DNA from: an uncultured virus (IMG/VR IMGVR_UViG_3300042868_009486)
Lineage: Duplodnaviria; Heunggongvirae; Uroviricota; Caudoviricetes
Virus record (IMG/VR): IMGVR_UViG_3300042868_009486
Span: 1 to 64,000 of that record
DNA length: 64,000 bases
Reading direction: 5' to 3' (one strand)
Shown here: piece after piece, positions 30,085 to 39,003 of the stretch
Numbering within the stretch: position 1 is the stretch's first letter
Layout of the letters: every line of letters starts with the position of its first letter
The notes under the pieces: model-generated
What the model saw: the letters and a program-made list of their open reading frames with translations, nothing else
What the model was told of the DNA's origin: nothing
The model's database searches: none
Made by a program: the position numbers and the translations under genes

Positions 30085-30573
30085 ATGAATCTACAAGAAC
30101 GAGTAAGGAGAATATTAAGAGAAACCCTTGAGTCCAAATGGAACGACGGGAATTACGACTATCAGCACGGGTATTGCCATTACTTCGCACATAACATCAT
30201 AGATAAGATTAGGGAACGTTTCCCGAACAAAAACGTAACTTACTATCTTTTACTGGCAAACGAGGTTAATATTGACACGGAAGAGATAGAACAGGAGTAT
30301 TTGTTGCACGTATATATAAAGATCGGGGATAAGTTATTAGATTCCAATGGATTCATTACATTGGATAAGGTGGAGGAAAGAATAGATGATTGGTATAATA
30401 GACAACTTACAATAACACCTGAAGAGTATGAGATAAATGTATGGGATGAAGAAAGTGATACAATCCCTGATATGTTCTTTAATAGTAGATTCTGTAATGT
30501 AGATAAAGTAAAGAAAGATACGGAGAAATTCTTATCTAATCCAATAGTACAAAGGATCCTTAAGTATAAATAA
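30085..30573 (+). CDS. leader-bearing protein, possible papain/transglutaminase-like Cys-His-Asp fold
   Basis: MNLQERVRRILRETLE|S; GYCHYFA...HVYI...LLDSNG. Confidence 0.55.
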   Translation: MNLQERVRRILRETLESKWNDGNYDYQHGYCHYFAHNIIDKIRERFPNKNVTYYLLLANEVNIDTEEIEQEYLLHVYIKIGDKLLDSNGFITLDKVEERIDDWYNRQLTITPEEYEINVWDEESDTIPDMFFNSRFCNVDKVKKDTEKFLSNPIVQRILKYK

Positions 30574-30653
30574 AGAGTATACGATCAAATCATTCACTCC
30601 ATCCTACCGTTCGTAAACTCACTACGGAATTCACCTCACAAATTTATCCTATA
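30573..30653. repeat. structured intergenic element, copy 2 (right arm truncated)
   Basis: AAGAGTATACGATCAAATCATTC...CACTACGGAATTCACCTCACAAATTTATCCTATA. Confidence 0.8.
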
Positions 30654-30700
30654 TATAAACTATCGTTATTAAAGGGAGTGAATAAGATCAGGAACATATA
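30652..30700. repeat. 49-bp direct repeat, copy 1
   Basis: TATATAAACTATCGTTATTAAAGGGAGTGAATAAGATCAGGAACATATA, identical at 32767-32815. Confidence 0.9.
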
Positions 30701-30727
30701 AGAATATAACAGTTTATATAATATATT

Positions 30728-30765
30728 ATGGGTATATTTATTTAATATGGGTATATTTATTTAAT
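30728..30765 (+). repeat. 19-bp tandem duplication containing the TATTTAT motif
   Basis: ATGGGTATATTTATTTAAT x2 directly before ATG 30766. Confidence 0.9.
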
Positions 30766-31116
30766 ATGAATTTACAGGAGAGTATATATAGAATTCGTCA
30801 AATTATGGAAGTATCTGATCCGACAAAGACATTTAGTTTTGTTATGGATGGGAGGCAAGAAACTCATCAGTATCAAGTGGTTAATGTAAGTGATTCAACA
30901 AAGTCTGTACCTGTAGACAAAACAAACCCTAGAGGTGAGAAGAAAACTTTTAATACAAAGGTTATAGAATTAAAATGGATGAATCCGCCAGCAAATATCA
31001 CAAACCCTGAAGGTATTACAATTGTAAAGGTGTGTGGTGATAATGTTATCAAACCACCAAGAGGATATAGTAAATTACCTGATGACTTTATAACTTACGC
31101 AAACCAACTCTGTTAA
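30766..31116 (+). CDS. leader-bearing hypothetical protein
   Basis: MNLQESIYRIRQIME leader. Confidence 0.75.
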   Translation: MNLQESIYRIRQIMEVSDPTKTFSFVMDGRQETHQYQVVNVSDSTKSVPVDKTNPRGEKKTFNTKVIELKWMNPPANITNPEGITIVKVCGDNVIKPPRGYSKLPDDFITYANQLC

Positions 31117-31461
31117 ATGAAAAAAATTATTAGACTTACTGAAAGTGAATTGATTAACTTAGTCCATAGAGTAATTAAAGAGGATATGAGTACAGTTAAT
31201 ATTACAATCAATGGTGATGTACAAAGAGAGTGTAATAAGTGTAATGGAGACACAATAGATTATGTTATATTAAATGAGTTAAGAAATATCTCAGATCTTA
31301 CGCAGATTACCTCAGAAGATATAACATATGTAGAATATGAAATACAAAACTATTCCGATGTCAATAAGATTAAAAGTGTATTAGAGTTAAAGTTAAAGAC
31401 TTTATTAGAAAAGCAAATTACTTGTGAGGTTAACGGAAATAATATTACTTGTCAGATATAA
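31117..31461 (+). CDS. leader-bearing hypothetical protein
   Basis: MKKIIRLTESELINLVHRVIKE leader. Confidence 0.75.
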   Translation: MKKIIRLTESELINLVHRVIKEDMSTVNITINGDVQRECNKCNGDTIDYVILNELRNISDLTQITSEDITYVEYEIQNYSDVNKIKSVLELKLKTLLEKQITCEVNGNNITCQI

Positions 31462-31464
31462 ATC

Positions 31465-31551
31465 AAGAGTATAGATTTAATTTACTCACTCATCATTACC
31501 GTTCATTTCATTCACTACATTCTTCGTTTCATAATTTAATTCTATACTCTT
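31465..31551. repeat. structured intergenic element, copy 3 (diverged core)
   Basis: AAGAGTATAGA...TCATAATTTAATTCTATACTCTT. Confidence 0.8.
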
Positions 31552-31663
31552 TCCCCCCTCTCTTTATAAGGGGATTTTTATTTAAAAAAAACTTGACTTT
31601 TTCATTGTAGATATGAGGAATATCACTATCTTTGTATTGTAATCATTTAACCCCCATCACAAT

Positions 31664-32320
31664 ATGAAAAACCTTCTTTTAGTTGCTCTTGTTTCTTTAG
31701 TATCAATTGTTTCTTTTTCACAAAAACAAATAGGAGTTTCATTACTATATAATGGTAATTTACCAAAAGCGGCTTGGGGATTCTCAGTAGAGAAAACGGT
31801 AAAAAACTACACTATTTTCTTTGACTACAAAATCGGAGGAATGTTACCAGCTCAAGATAGAGTTAAAACATGGACAACTCCTGAAGAGACAAATTTTGAT
31901 AACTACTCATATGGTGTTACAGAGTGGGGTTCATATGTTTACGAATCATCAACAATCACAACAAGATACGGTACGGCAATTAAACCCTCATTGTTTAATA
32001 TTGGTGTTGGTAAAGAGATTATAACTGTCGGTAGTACAGATATTAGAATCAATTTAGGTTTAGGAGTGTGTAAAGAAAGACACCAATTAGTAAGAGAAAA
32101 TTCTTACTTTGATTTCCAACTTTATAATTTAGAATTAGTTGATTACCACGAGTCTTTCTCAGACTTAGATGTTTATTATCAAGTTGTTAGTGAAAAAAAC
32201 ACATACAAGTTAAATTTTACGGCAAATGTACTTTTCGAAAAATATGATATGTTTGTATATGGTTTTGGTTTTGACACTAAACCTATGGGTGTTAATCTAA
32301 TCTTTGGTTTAAAATTTTAA
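31664..32320 (+). CDS. secreted, probable outer-membrane beta-barrel protein
   Basis: Signal peptide, alternating aromatic/Gly strands, C-terminal FGLKF; TATCTTTG at 31627. Confidence 0.6.
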   Translation: MKNLLLVALVSLVSIVSFSQKQIGVSLLYNGNLPKAAWGFSVEKTVKNYTIFFDYKIGGMLPAQDRVKTWTTPEETNFDNYSYGVTEWGSYVYESSTITTRYGTAIKPSLFNIGVGKEIITVGSTDIRINLGLGVCKERHQLVRENSYFDFQLYNLELVDYHESFSDLDVYYQVVSEKNTYKLNFTANVLFEKYDMFVYGFGFDTKPMGVNLIFGLKF

Positions 32321-32321
32321 T

Positions 32322-32403
32322 AAGAGTATAGGATTAATTCATTCGGTTCATAGTCCTTCGTTATCACTACGGAATTCACCTCATAATTTAATTCTACACT
32401 CTT
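32322..32403. repeat. structured intergenic element, copy 4
   Basis: AAGAGTATAGGATTAATTCATTCGGTTCATAGTCCT...GGAATTCACCTCATAATTTAATTCTACACTCTT. Confidence 0.85.
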
Positions 32404-33290
32404 ATTATCGTCTATATAACCGATATCGTATATTATCGTTCATTTAACCGATATTCTATTACATCTCTATAAGAGATAAGTCCCATTAATTACCACATAT
32501 ACTTTATCGTAATGATCATTACACATTTTGTGTAACACATAATGTAGAATAGTATCGTAATGTACATTACTGTAATGGGGGTTACGATATACATGTATAG
32601 AAAATCTAATTCTTTATACATGATGAGGTTCTTATGTATAGATCGTATACATGATACACAACTTACCATTCGGTAAGTTACTACTTAGTAAGTTCCCCCC
32701 ATCTAAAGACAGGTCCCCCATTTCTTATGGTGTGGTTTAATGGTATGTTCTACTGTGGTATTCAGTTATATAAACTATCGTTATTAAAGGGAGTGAATAA
32801 GATCAGGAACATATACGAAGGGACTGTTGTTTTATATCATTGTTGTCAGGTTAAACCTGATATAAGTGATATGTTTAATATGTCCCACATATTACCACAA
32901 GTGTTGGGGACTGACTAAATGACACATAATTGGGGGTACATTAGGTCCCCTAATCGTTGGAAGAACTATAGGACTATCGTCTCCCGCCCACCCTCATCAT
33001 AAGAACACAAATTAGCTGGAAAATGTATATACCTAAAAAACTAGTCCTGTAGACCCCTACAGAGGGGATTTTTTAGGCTGATCATAGCAACAGAGGGGAT
33101 TGTGGTGGTAAATAGTGGTAGACCTGTGTGGTAAAAAGTGGGGAAAGGGATTGTCCCCTGTGTGAATCGTGACTGACATTTTGACAAAATCAAGAAAAAT
33201 ACAATAAATATTTATCAACAATTCCCCCCTGACATACTGTCACCCCCAATTTACTATTTAAAATGTATCAAATATTTATTAACATTAACG
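32404..33290. other. long palindrome-rich non-coding region, candidate replication origin or genome-end region
   Basis: No credible ORF over ~0.9 kb; many palindromes and recurring short motifs. Confidence 0.45.
32767..32815. repeat. 49-bp direct repeat, copy 2
   Basis: Identical to 30652-30700. Confidence 0.9.
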
Positions 33291-33296
33291 GTACAT

Positions 33297-33641
33297 ATGA
33301 ACGCAATAGAGAAATTTCTTAAAGAACAGTATACCCAATGTGTGGTAGAAGATAAGATGGGGATCAAATGTTTATTCAAACATAAGCAAGGACTCACAGA
33401 TGATGGGGTTGTATTTTTTGAGTTTGCAAAAAAGAAGTGGTCCAAGAAACCAATCCTTAGTAAAAGACAATTTGTAATTGTGGATGCAGACATGGGGGAT
33501 GTGTTACAGTTTTTAAATCAATACTATAACCTGTCAGAAAATGACTACCAAGAAATAAGATCACTCATAGTTAATATGAGTATAGAACATGTAGAGAAAT
33601 TCTTTAGTCCTGATGGGGAGGATCCAAGTCAACATCAGTAA
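33297..33641 (+). CDS. hypothetical protein
   Basis: ORF; TATTTAT at 33273. Confidence 0.65.
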   Translation: MNAIEKFLKEQYTQCVVEDKMGIKCLFKHKQGLTDDGVVFFEFAKKKWSKKPILSKRQFVIVDADMGDVLQFLNQYYNLSENDYQEIRSLIVNMSIEHVEKFFSPDGEDPSQHQ

Positions 33642-33777
33642 TAACATGACGACGAATGAATCCACTTACTTTAGAGGTGGGGAAATACTTAAGGGACATT
33701 AAACAAACCCCCATGAAGATAGAAGCTCCAATGACAATATAAGCGAACATAAGATTTATAAATAGAATTGTTTTCAT
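33604..33777 (-). CDS. small membrane protein
   Basis: MKTILFINLMFAYIVIGASIFMGVCLMSL...FIRRHVITD. Confidence 0.55.
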   Translation of the reverse strand: MKTILFINLMFAYIVIGASIFMGVCLMSLKYFPTSKVSGFIRRHVITDVDLDPPHQD

Positions 33778-33907
33778 ACTATAAAGATATGAAAACATTT
33801 CGACAAGGACAAGAGGGTCCTTCACAAAAAGATGGGGATCCTTATATAAAAATATAAGGCAGGTTGGAGTCTACTCGGTCCCCCCCGATTAAAAAGGTTA
33901 CACTACA

Positions 33908-34021
33908 AAGGTATGGATTTTTTTTGACATGGCCTAATATTTATATAAGTAAAAAATAAAATTAAGGTATGGATTTTTTTTGACATGGCTTAATATTTAT
34001 ATAAGTAAAAAATAAAATTAA
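33908..34021 (+). repeat. ~57-bp near-perfect tandem duplication of a promoter block
   Basis: AAGGTATGGATTTTTTT(T)GACATGGC(C/T)TAATATTTATATAAGTAAAAAATAAAATTA x2. Confidence 0.9.
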
Positions 34022-34038
34022 CATTAAAAAATAAAACA

Positions 34039-34302
34039 ATGAGAAGAAGATTAAATGAATCAGACATAGATCGTATAGTAAGTAGAGTATTGTCTGAACA
34101 AGTTGCCCCCACTAAAGAGTTGTCAGCATGTTGTAAATCTGCAGGGATCACTGTACCTATGGCTTGTACAGCAGGAGATCCTGGCAAATGTATTGAAGCT
34201 CTTTTAGAAATGGCATCTAAAGATCCTATGGGTGTGGGGATGAAAGCAATAACTGCAATGAACTGTATTAAGGATAAGAAGTTATCGCCTGTACAATACT
34301 AA
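34039..34302 (+). CDS. leader-bearing Cys-containing small protein
   Basis: MRRRLNESDIDRIVSRVLSEQ leader. Confidence 0.75.
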   Translation: MRRRLNESDIDRIVSRVLSEQVAPTKELSACCKSAGITVPMACTAGDPGKCIEALLEMASKDPMGVGMKAITAMNCIKDKKLSPVQY

Positions 34303-34607
34303 TCACCATATAAAATACTTATTAACAATTGGGGGGTCTTATAGGTCCCCCTCTTTGTTTGGCATACCCCCCTCCCCTTAATAATTGGGGTCCCCCTCCC
34401 CCGTATCCCCCCTCTTTCTGACACTTTGACAGGGTCCAAAATGGGGGTCAATCCCCCTTGCAGAGTATAAGTTTTAAAAAAGGTAATATGGTCTTAAAAA
34501 ATATTTTGGGAAAAAATCTTTAAAAATCGGAATACCCCCTATACACTAAAAAAAAATTCCAGAAAATTTTGGGAAAATCGGAGTATTTATAACTAAAGAA
34601 ATATATT

Positions 34608-35051
34608 ATGAAACACTTATTAAATAATTTAAGTTCAGAGGAGAAAAATAGAATTCGTGAACAACACACAGGAGGAATTAAAGTTATGACTGAAAATTTC
34701 TCAAGATTATTAAATGCCAAACTTGGTAATGCAAAACCACTTATTTCAGAAGAAGAAGGGACAACTAATTTTGATAAGAATTATTTCATGAGTAAAAAGA
34801 CAGGAACTGTTAATTTTGATGATTATGGTTTCCCTACTACAGTTGACGGAATTCAAATAACTGATTATGATAATCAGTGGAAAAACAACTTTACGGTTAA
34901 AAATATCGGTGGCAGAGGGTTCCAAGGGGGTGACTACAAATGGACTTATAGTGATAAAGTTAGTTCAGGGGTCATGGCACCAGGACAAGAAAAACCAGGT
35001 ATATCAATAACCGATACTCAAAATCAAGTTGTAGGTACTCTACAATTCTAA
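34608..35051 (+). CDS. leader-bearing hypothetical protein
   Basis: NLSSEEKNRIREQH...F.RLL.AKLG..KPLISEE; TATTTAT at 34584. Confidence 0.75.
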   Translation: MKHLLNNLSSEEKNRIREQHTGGIKVMTENFSRLLNAKLGNAKPLISEEEGTTNFDKNYFMSKKTGTVNFDDYGFPTTVDGIQITDYDNQWKNNFTVKNIGGRGFQGGDYKWTYSDKVSSGVMAPGQEKPGISITDTQNQVVGTLQF

Positions 35052-35129
35052 AAAAAAAATTCCAGAAAAATTTTAGGAAAATCGGGGTATTTATATTTAA
35101 ATCGTTAATAAACAAATAAAAAATATATT

Positions 35130-35405
35130 ATGAAAAACAAATTAACAGAAAGAGATTTATCACGTATCGTTAAACGTGTAATAAATGAGGGAGTATTCTC
35201 ACCAGGTGACTTAATTAATTTTCCTGATGGTACTTATCTTATGACAAAAATTGAACCTACTGACCAACCAAGTCAAAAAGGAAATTACTTTGTAAAAAAT
35301 GGTAATAGTATTGCTAATATAGTGATTGTTTCGGGTCAGGTTAAAAAGAAAGAAGACGGTAGTACTTCCCCTTATGGAAGTGGAATACTATATAAAGGTA
35401 AATAA
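35130..35405 (+). CDS. leader-bearing hypothetical protein
   Basis: MKNKLTERDLSRIVKRVINE leader. Confidence 0.75.
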   Translation: MKNKLTERDLSRIVKRVINEGVFSPGDLINFPDGTYLMTKIEPTDQPSQKGNYFVKNGNSIANIVIVSGQVKKKEDGSTSPYGSGILYKGK

Positions 35406-35420
35406 AATAAGTTTAAATAA

Positions 35421-35654
35421 ATGGATGACTGTGAAGTAATTATTTCAAATATGGAATATGTTTTTAATGATTTTATGTCGTTTGTTAAAACTTCACCTGA
35501 AGAACAAAGTCCCGAAGATATGTACGATGACATACAATCAGAACTTGGAGGGTTCCTAGATATGGATGAAGAAATGGAGTGTGAAAATATTGACGAAGTG
35601 TATATGATTTATGATGAACTCATAAATGATTTTCGTTCATATGTCGGACTTTAA
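35421..35654 (+). CDS. acidic hypothetical protein
   Basis: ORF followed by a terminator. Confidence 0.6.
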   Translation: MDDCEVIISNMEYVFNDFMSFVKTSPEEQSPEDMYDDIQSELGGFLDMDEEMECENIDEVYMIYDELINDFRSYVGL

Positions 35655-35748
35655 TAATTAAAAAAATAAAGAACTATACATTAAAACCCTTCCTTCAACG
35701 GAGGGGTTTTCTTTTTTATGTATAATATTTATATTTAAAATAAAACCT

Positions 35749-36432
35749 ATGAAAAAATTATTATTATTTATTGTTACCACAACTATGTTAATTGGTTGTA
35801 GTACGAAAACTGAAACTCTTGAAGACATTAAGTCTGATAAAATTGTGAAACTACACAAGGGATCATTTGCATTTTGTGGAGCATCATCTGCTGTTCCTAC
35901 GGGAAGAAAGATTGTTGTCCAAGGTGTTGAGTATAACGAGGGTTGTGCCATTTGTCCTGTGTTGGAGGGACCATCTTTATCCAACTTGGCTATGGAAGGT
36001 ATTAGTGATACTTATGGTAAGTTCAATGTGAACGATAATTTCCAAACTCCAAACGGAAAAAGTAATACTGTATGGTCTTTGTTTTGGTATTATGATTCAA
36101 CCACCACTATTCCCCAATTTAATCCATCTACTAAGAAGTGGGAAATGATGTCACCTAAAAATAGATCATTTGTGATTAATATGGATAAACCATCTACAAG
36201 TGAAAGTAATATGTTTGCAATGCCAGGTATCATCTTTGATACAACTTCTACAGGTATTGTGTTGGCAAAAGTTTATGGACCACTTAATGAAGCTGCGGTC
36301 CCATTGCGTAAAGCTGTACCTGTTAAAAACGGACAAACATCTGTTACGGCAGCAAAGATTGGTTTCCCTTTCCCTGTCGGAACCCCTATTCCTGTTTCAG
36401 AGTATAGTAAGGAACTACAGAAAAAACATTAA
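35749..36432 (+). CDS. lipoprotein of unknown function
   Basis: MKKLLLFIVTTTMLIGC lipobox. Confidence 0.75.
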   Translation: MKKLLLFIVTTTMLIGCSTKTETLEDIKSDKIVKLHKGSFAFCGASSAVPTGRKIVVQGVEYNEGCAICPVLEGPSLSNLAMEGISDTYGKFNVNDNFQTPNGKSNTVWSLFWYYDSTTTIPQFNPSTKKWEMMSPKNRSFVINMDKPSTSESNMFAMPGIIFDTTSTGIVLAKVYGPLNEAAVPLRKAVPVKNGQTSVTAAKIGFPFPVGTPIPVSEYSKELQKKH

Positions 36433-36493
36433 TTAAACAACTAAACCCTACCTCATCGGTGGGGTTTTTTATTTTCCCATATATTTATCTTAT

Positions 36494-36865
36494 ATGAAAA
36501 TCATTCTTACAGAATCTCAATATATAAAACTATTGGAATCCTCCGACAAGACTAATATTGTTGAACAAATCTTGGAAATGGAAGGTATTGAGTATGACGG
36601 TTGTGAATATGATGGAAGGACCCATGATAATTTTGGAAGAAACCATGACTCTGTTGTTTTTTATTTTAAATTTCCTAACGATTATAAGCATAGAAGTATT
36701 CGTTTTTTAACTAAAAATAATAAAGTTGTTAGTGTTTTAAGTTCATCAGATTTTAGAATTACTGATGGACTTAGATATATCCCTCGAAAAGTTTTAATGG
36801 ATTATTTTATTGAAAAGGGTAAAATACATTTGGAAAAAATATTACCTTTAGAATATCCCCGTTAA
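36494..36865 (+). CDS. leader-bearing hypothetical protein
   Basis: MKIILTESQYIKLLE|S; TATTTAT at 36482. Confidence 0.75.
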   Translation: MKIILTESQYIKLLESSDKTNIVEQILEMEGIEYDGCEYDGRTHDNFGRNHDSVVFYFKFPNDYKHRSIRFLTKNNKVVSVLSSSDFRITDGLRYIPRKVLMDYFIEKGKIHLEKILPLEYPR

Positions 36866-37242
36866 TGAAAAATGAAAAACTAATATCTTTACTTAAAAAA
36901 CTCTTTGAAAATAAGGAGTTTGAAATGACGCTCACAGACGTTGAACATGTTTATGATGGGTATAACAATGTCACGCAAGATGTTAACTATGAATTTAAAT
37001 TTCACGTTGTTGTTAGAAGTGTTGTTGGTAAGGGGGTAGAAGCTGTTGGTGATATGGATATTATTATTGATTCTATAACTAAAGATGGTGATGACTATTA
37101 TCCTGTTTGGGCCGATAGTGATTATGGTGATTCTATGTGGTATATTAATGAACTCGATGAAACGTTTTATCTTGATTATTTGGAAATTCTACCATTTAGT
37201 GTGTATACAACAATCTACGGTTATGATGAAGAAAGATTATAA
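36865..37242 (+). CDS. hypothetical protein
   Basis: TAATG coupling. Confidence 0.7.
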   Translation: MKNEKLISLLKKLFENKEFEMTLTDVEHVYDGYNNVTQDVNYEFKFHVVVRSVVGKGVEAVGDMDIIIDSITKDGDDYYPVWADSDYGDSMWYINELDETFYLDYLEILPFSVYTTIYGYDEERL

Positions 37243-37319
37243 ATCCCCTCCCCTAAAGAGGGTTTTTTATTTTAAGATATATTTATATTTAAAATAAGCA
37301 AATAAAATAAAATTATATT

Positions 37320-37778
37320 ATGAAAAATATTTTAACAGAATCAGAAAAGAATGAAATTCTTGAAATGCATAGAAAGCATGGGTACAACAATTCTTTAAAT
37401 GAACAAGGTGAGGAGGAATCTACTAAAACTGCTTTGGAACAAGAAGTTGAGGAACTTGAAGCGTTAAAGATGGAATTGGAAAAAACTAAATCTCAGTTGG
37501 TCTCTAAAAAAGCAATCGTTGGTGGTACTTTAAGAATGAGACTTCGTAAAGCAGCACAAAGAAAAAGATTGAGACAAGAAAATAAAAAACTTGCTGCAGA
37601 TCTTGAAAGATTGGAAACAGACATTGCTAAATTGGAATCAGGCAAAGTTATTGATAGTGATACTGTTGAAACCGCTAAAGTAATCGGGGCTGCCATTGCA
37701 ACTTTAACTTTATATATTACGATGTTAAAAAAAGGAATTGTGGGAGCCATTAGTGATAAAATTGGACCTGAAAACTAA
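37320..37778 (+). CDS. leader-bearing coiled-coil protein with C-terminal hydrophobic segment
   Basis: MKNILTESEKNEILEMH...SLNEQ. Confidence 0.75.
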   Translation: MKNILTESEKNEILEMHRKHGYNNSLNEQGEEESTKTALEQEVEELEALKMELEKTKSQLVSKKAIVGGTLRMRLRKAAQRKRLRQENKKLAADLERLETDIAKLESGKVIDSDTVETAKVIGAAIATLTLYITMLKKGIVGAISDKIGPEN

Positions 37779-37863
37779 CATTTATTCATTATAAAATAAT
37801 CGACCCCATCATAAAGGTGGGGTTTTTTATTTTCCTTTATAAAAAAATAACTTATATTTAATT

Positions 37864-38043
37864 ATGACAAATCAGCAAAAAGCCGAACTTTATACACAGT
37901 TGATGTATGAACACACAAAAATACAAAATAAAATTTCTTCCATTAAGGGGGAATCCATTAATTTGAATGAACAACAACTTTTGCAAATTAGAGATTTGGA
38001 AAATAAATTAAGATTCCTTATGAATAAAGTATCTAAATTATAA
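37864..38043 (+). CDS. small coiled-coil protein (not in ORF track)
   Basis: MTNQQKAELYTQLMYEHTKIQNKISSIKGESINLN...; 59 aa. Confidence 0.6.
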   Translation: MTNQQKAELYTQLMYEHTKIQNKISSIKGESINLNEQQLLQIRDLENKLRFLMNKVSKL

Positions 38044-38126
38044 ATGGTTGATTCTGTTGTAATAGTTGGATTTATTATTGTTTACTCCATTTTTGTAATG
38101 GTGGCTCATTTTTTTAAAAAATAATT

Positions 38127-38300
38127 ATGAATCGTTTAAAACCTCATCTCTTTTTGATCCTTCTTGTGGTCTTTATGTTTTTGGCCCTTATGGGGATTCC
38201 CTATTATGTAAAATATGTGAATGAAATATTTGGAGCCATTCTTGGGATGTTAATTTATTATCTCGGATTTAAGACATTAAAAGATACCTTTAATTTTTAA
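38127..38300 (+). CDS. small two-TM membrane protein (not in ORF track)
   Basis: MNRLKPHLFLILLVVFMFLALMGIPYY...GAILGMLIYYLGF. Confidence 0.5.
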   Translation: MNRLKPHLFLILLVVFMFLALMGIPYYVKYVNEIFGAILGMLIYYLGFKTLKDTFNF

Positions 38301-38350
38301 AATTTCCCCCTTTCATTTGATCGGGGGATTTTTTTTATTTATATTTTTTC

Positions 38351-38911
38351 ATGGGACTTTGTGATAATGTGAGATTTAGCGATAACTTCATGAATGAGTA
38401 TATGAATCATACTTATAATTCTTATTCTGATTATAAGTCCATGTATGAAAATGCAAAACTACAATACCTCATCCATAAAAAATATTTGAAACTCTTGGGT
38501 AAATTTATTGAAACGATATACCCTAACTTGAGGTTTGATATTTTTATTAGAAACCGAAACCCTAAAGAAAGAAAGGTCGATTGGTATGGAATGACTTATA
38601 TGGAACTTGTGATCTTTGATGTTATTTGTAGTCCTGTATATAACCCCATGAATTTTGAACCGGTTTATAGAACCCCACATTGTGAGGAGTATATTTCTAC
38701 AGAGTCATTATTTTATGAGATTGATTCATATCTTCCTGAAATTACTAAACATCTTTTAATTAAGTTTAAACCTTTAATACAACCTCATATTGAAATTCAT
38801 AATATGGATTTTTATAATATCCCTGAGTTTGAATGTTGGACTGAATGTTATAAAAGAGAAAGAATTAAATCTTATGCATCTTTTGGTGATCCTTATGGTA
38901 ATGGATATTAA
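38351..38911 (+). CDS. hypothetical protein
   Basis: 186-aa ORF. Confidence 0.65.
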   Translation: MGLCDNVRFSDNFMNEYMNHTYNSYSDYKSMYENAKLQYLIHKKYLKLLGKFIETIYPNLRFDIFIRNRNPKERKVDWYGMTYMELVIFDVICSPVYNPMNFEPVYRTPHCEEYISTESLFYEIDSYLPEITKHLLIKFKPLIQPHIEIHNMDFYNIPEFECWTECYKRERIKSYASFGDPYGNGY

Positions 38912-39003
38912 AATCATTTATAGTGGATGGTGAAGGTCAATTTCTGGAAAATTTTTTTTGACCTGAACCTCCCCCAAACCCCCTCCTTGTTGTATTTATC
39001 TTT

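Noticed and set aside
28454..32403. Hairpin repeats as a CRISPR array or tRNAs
   Set aside because: Copies are 0.8-2 kb apart with whole genes between them, no cas genes are visible, and there is no cloverleaf or T-loop consensus
32727..32918. 63-aa ORF in the non-coding region
   Set aside because: It spans the 49-bp repeat, which is non-coding in its other copy, and has no leader, promoter or typical composition
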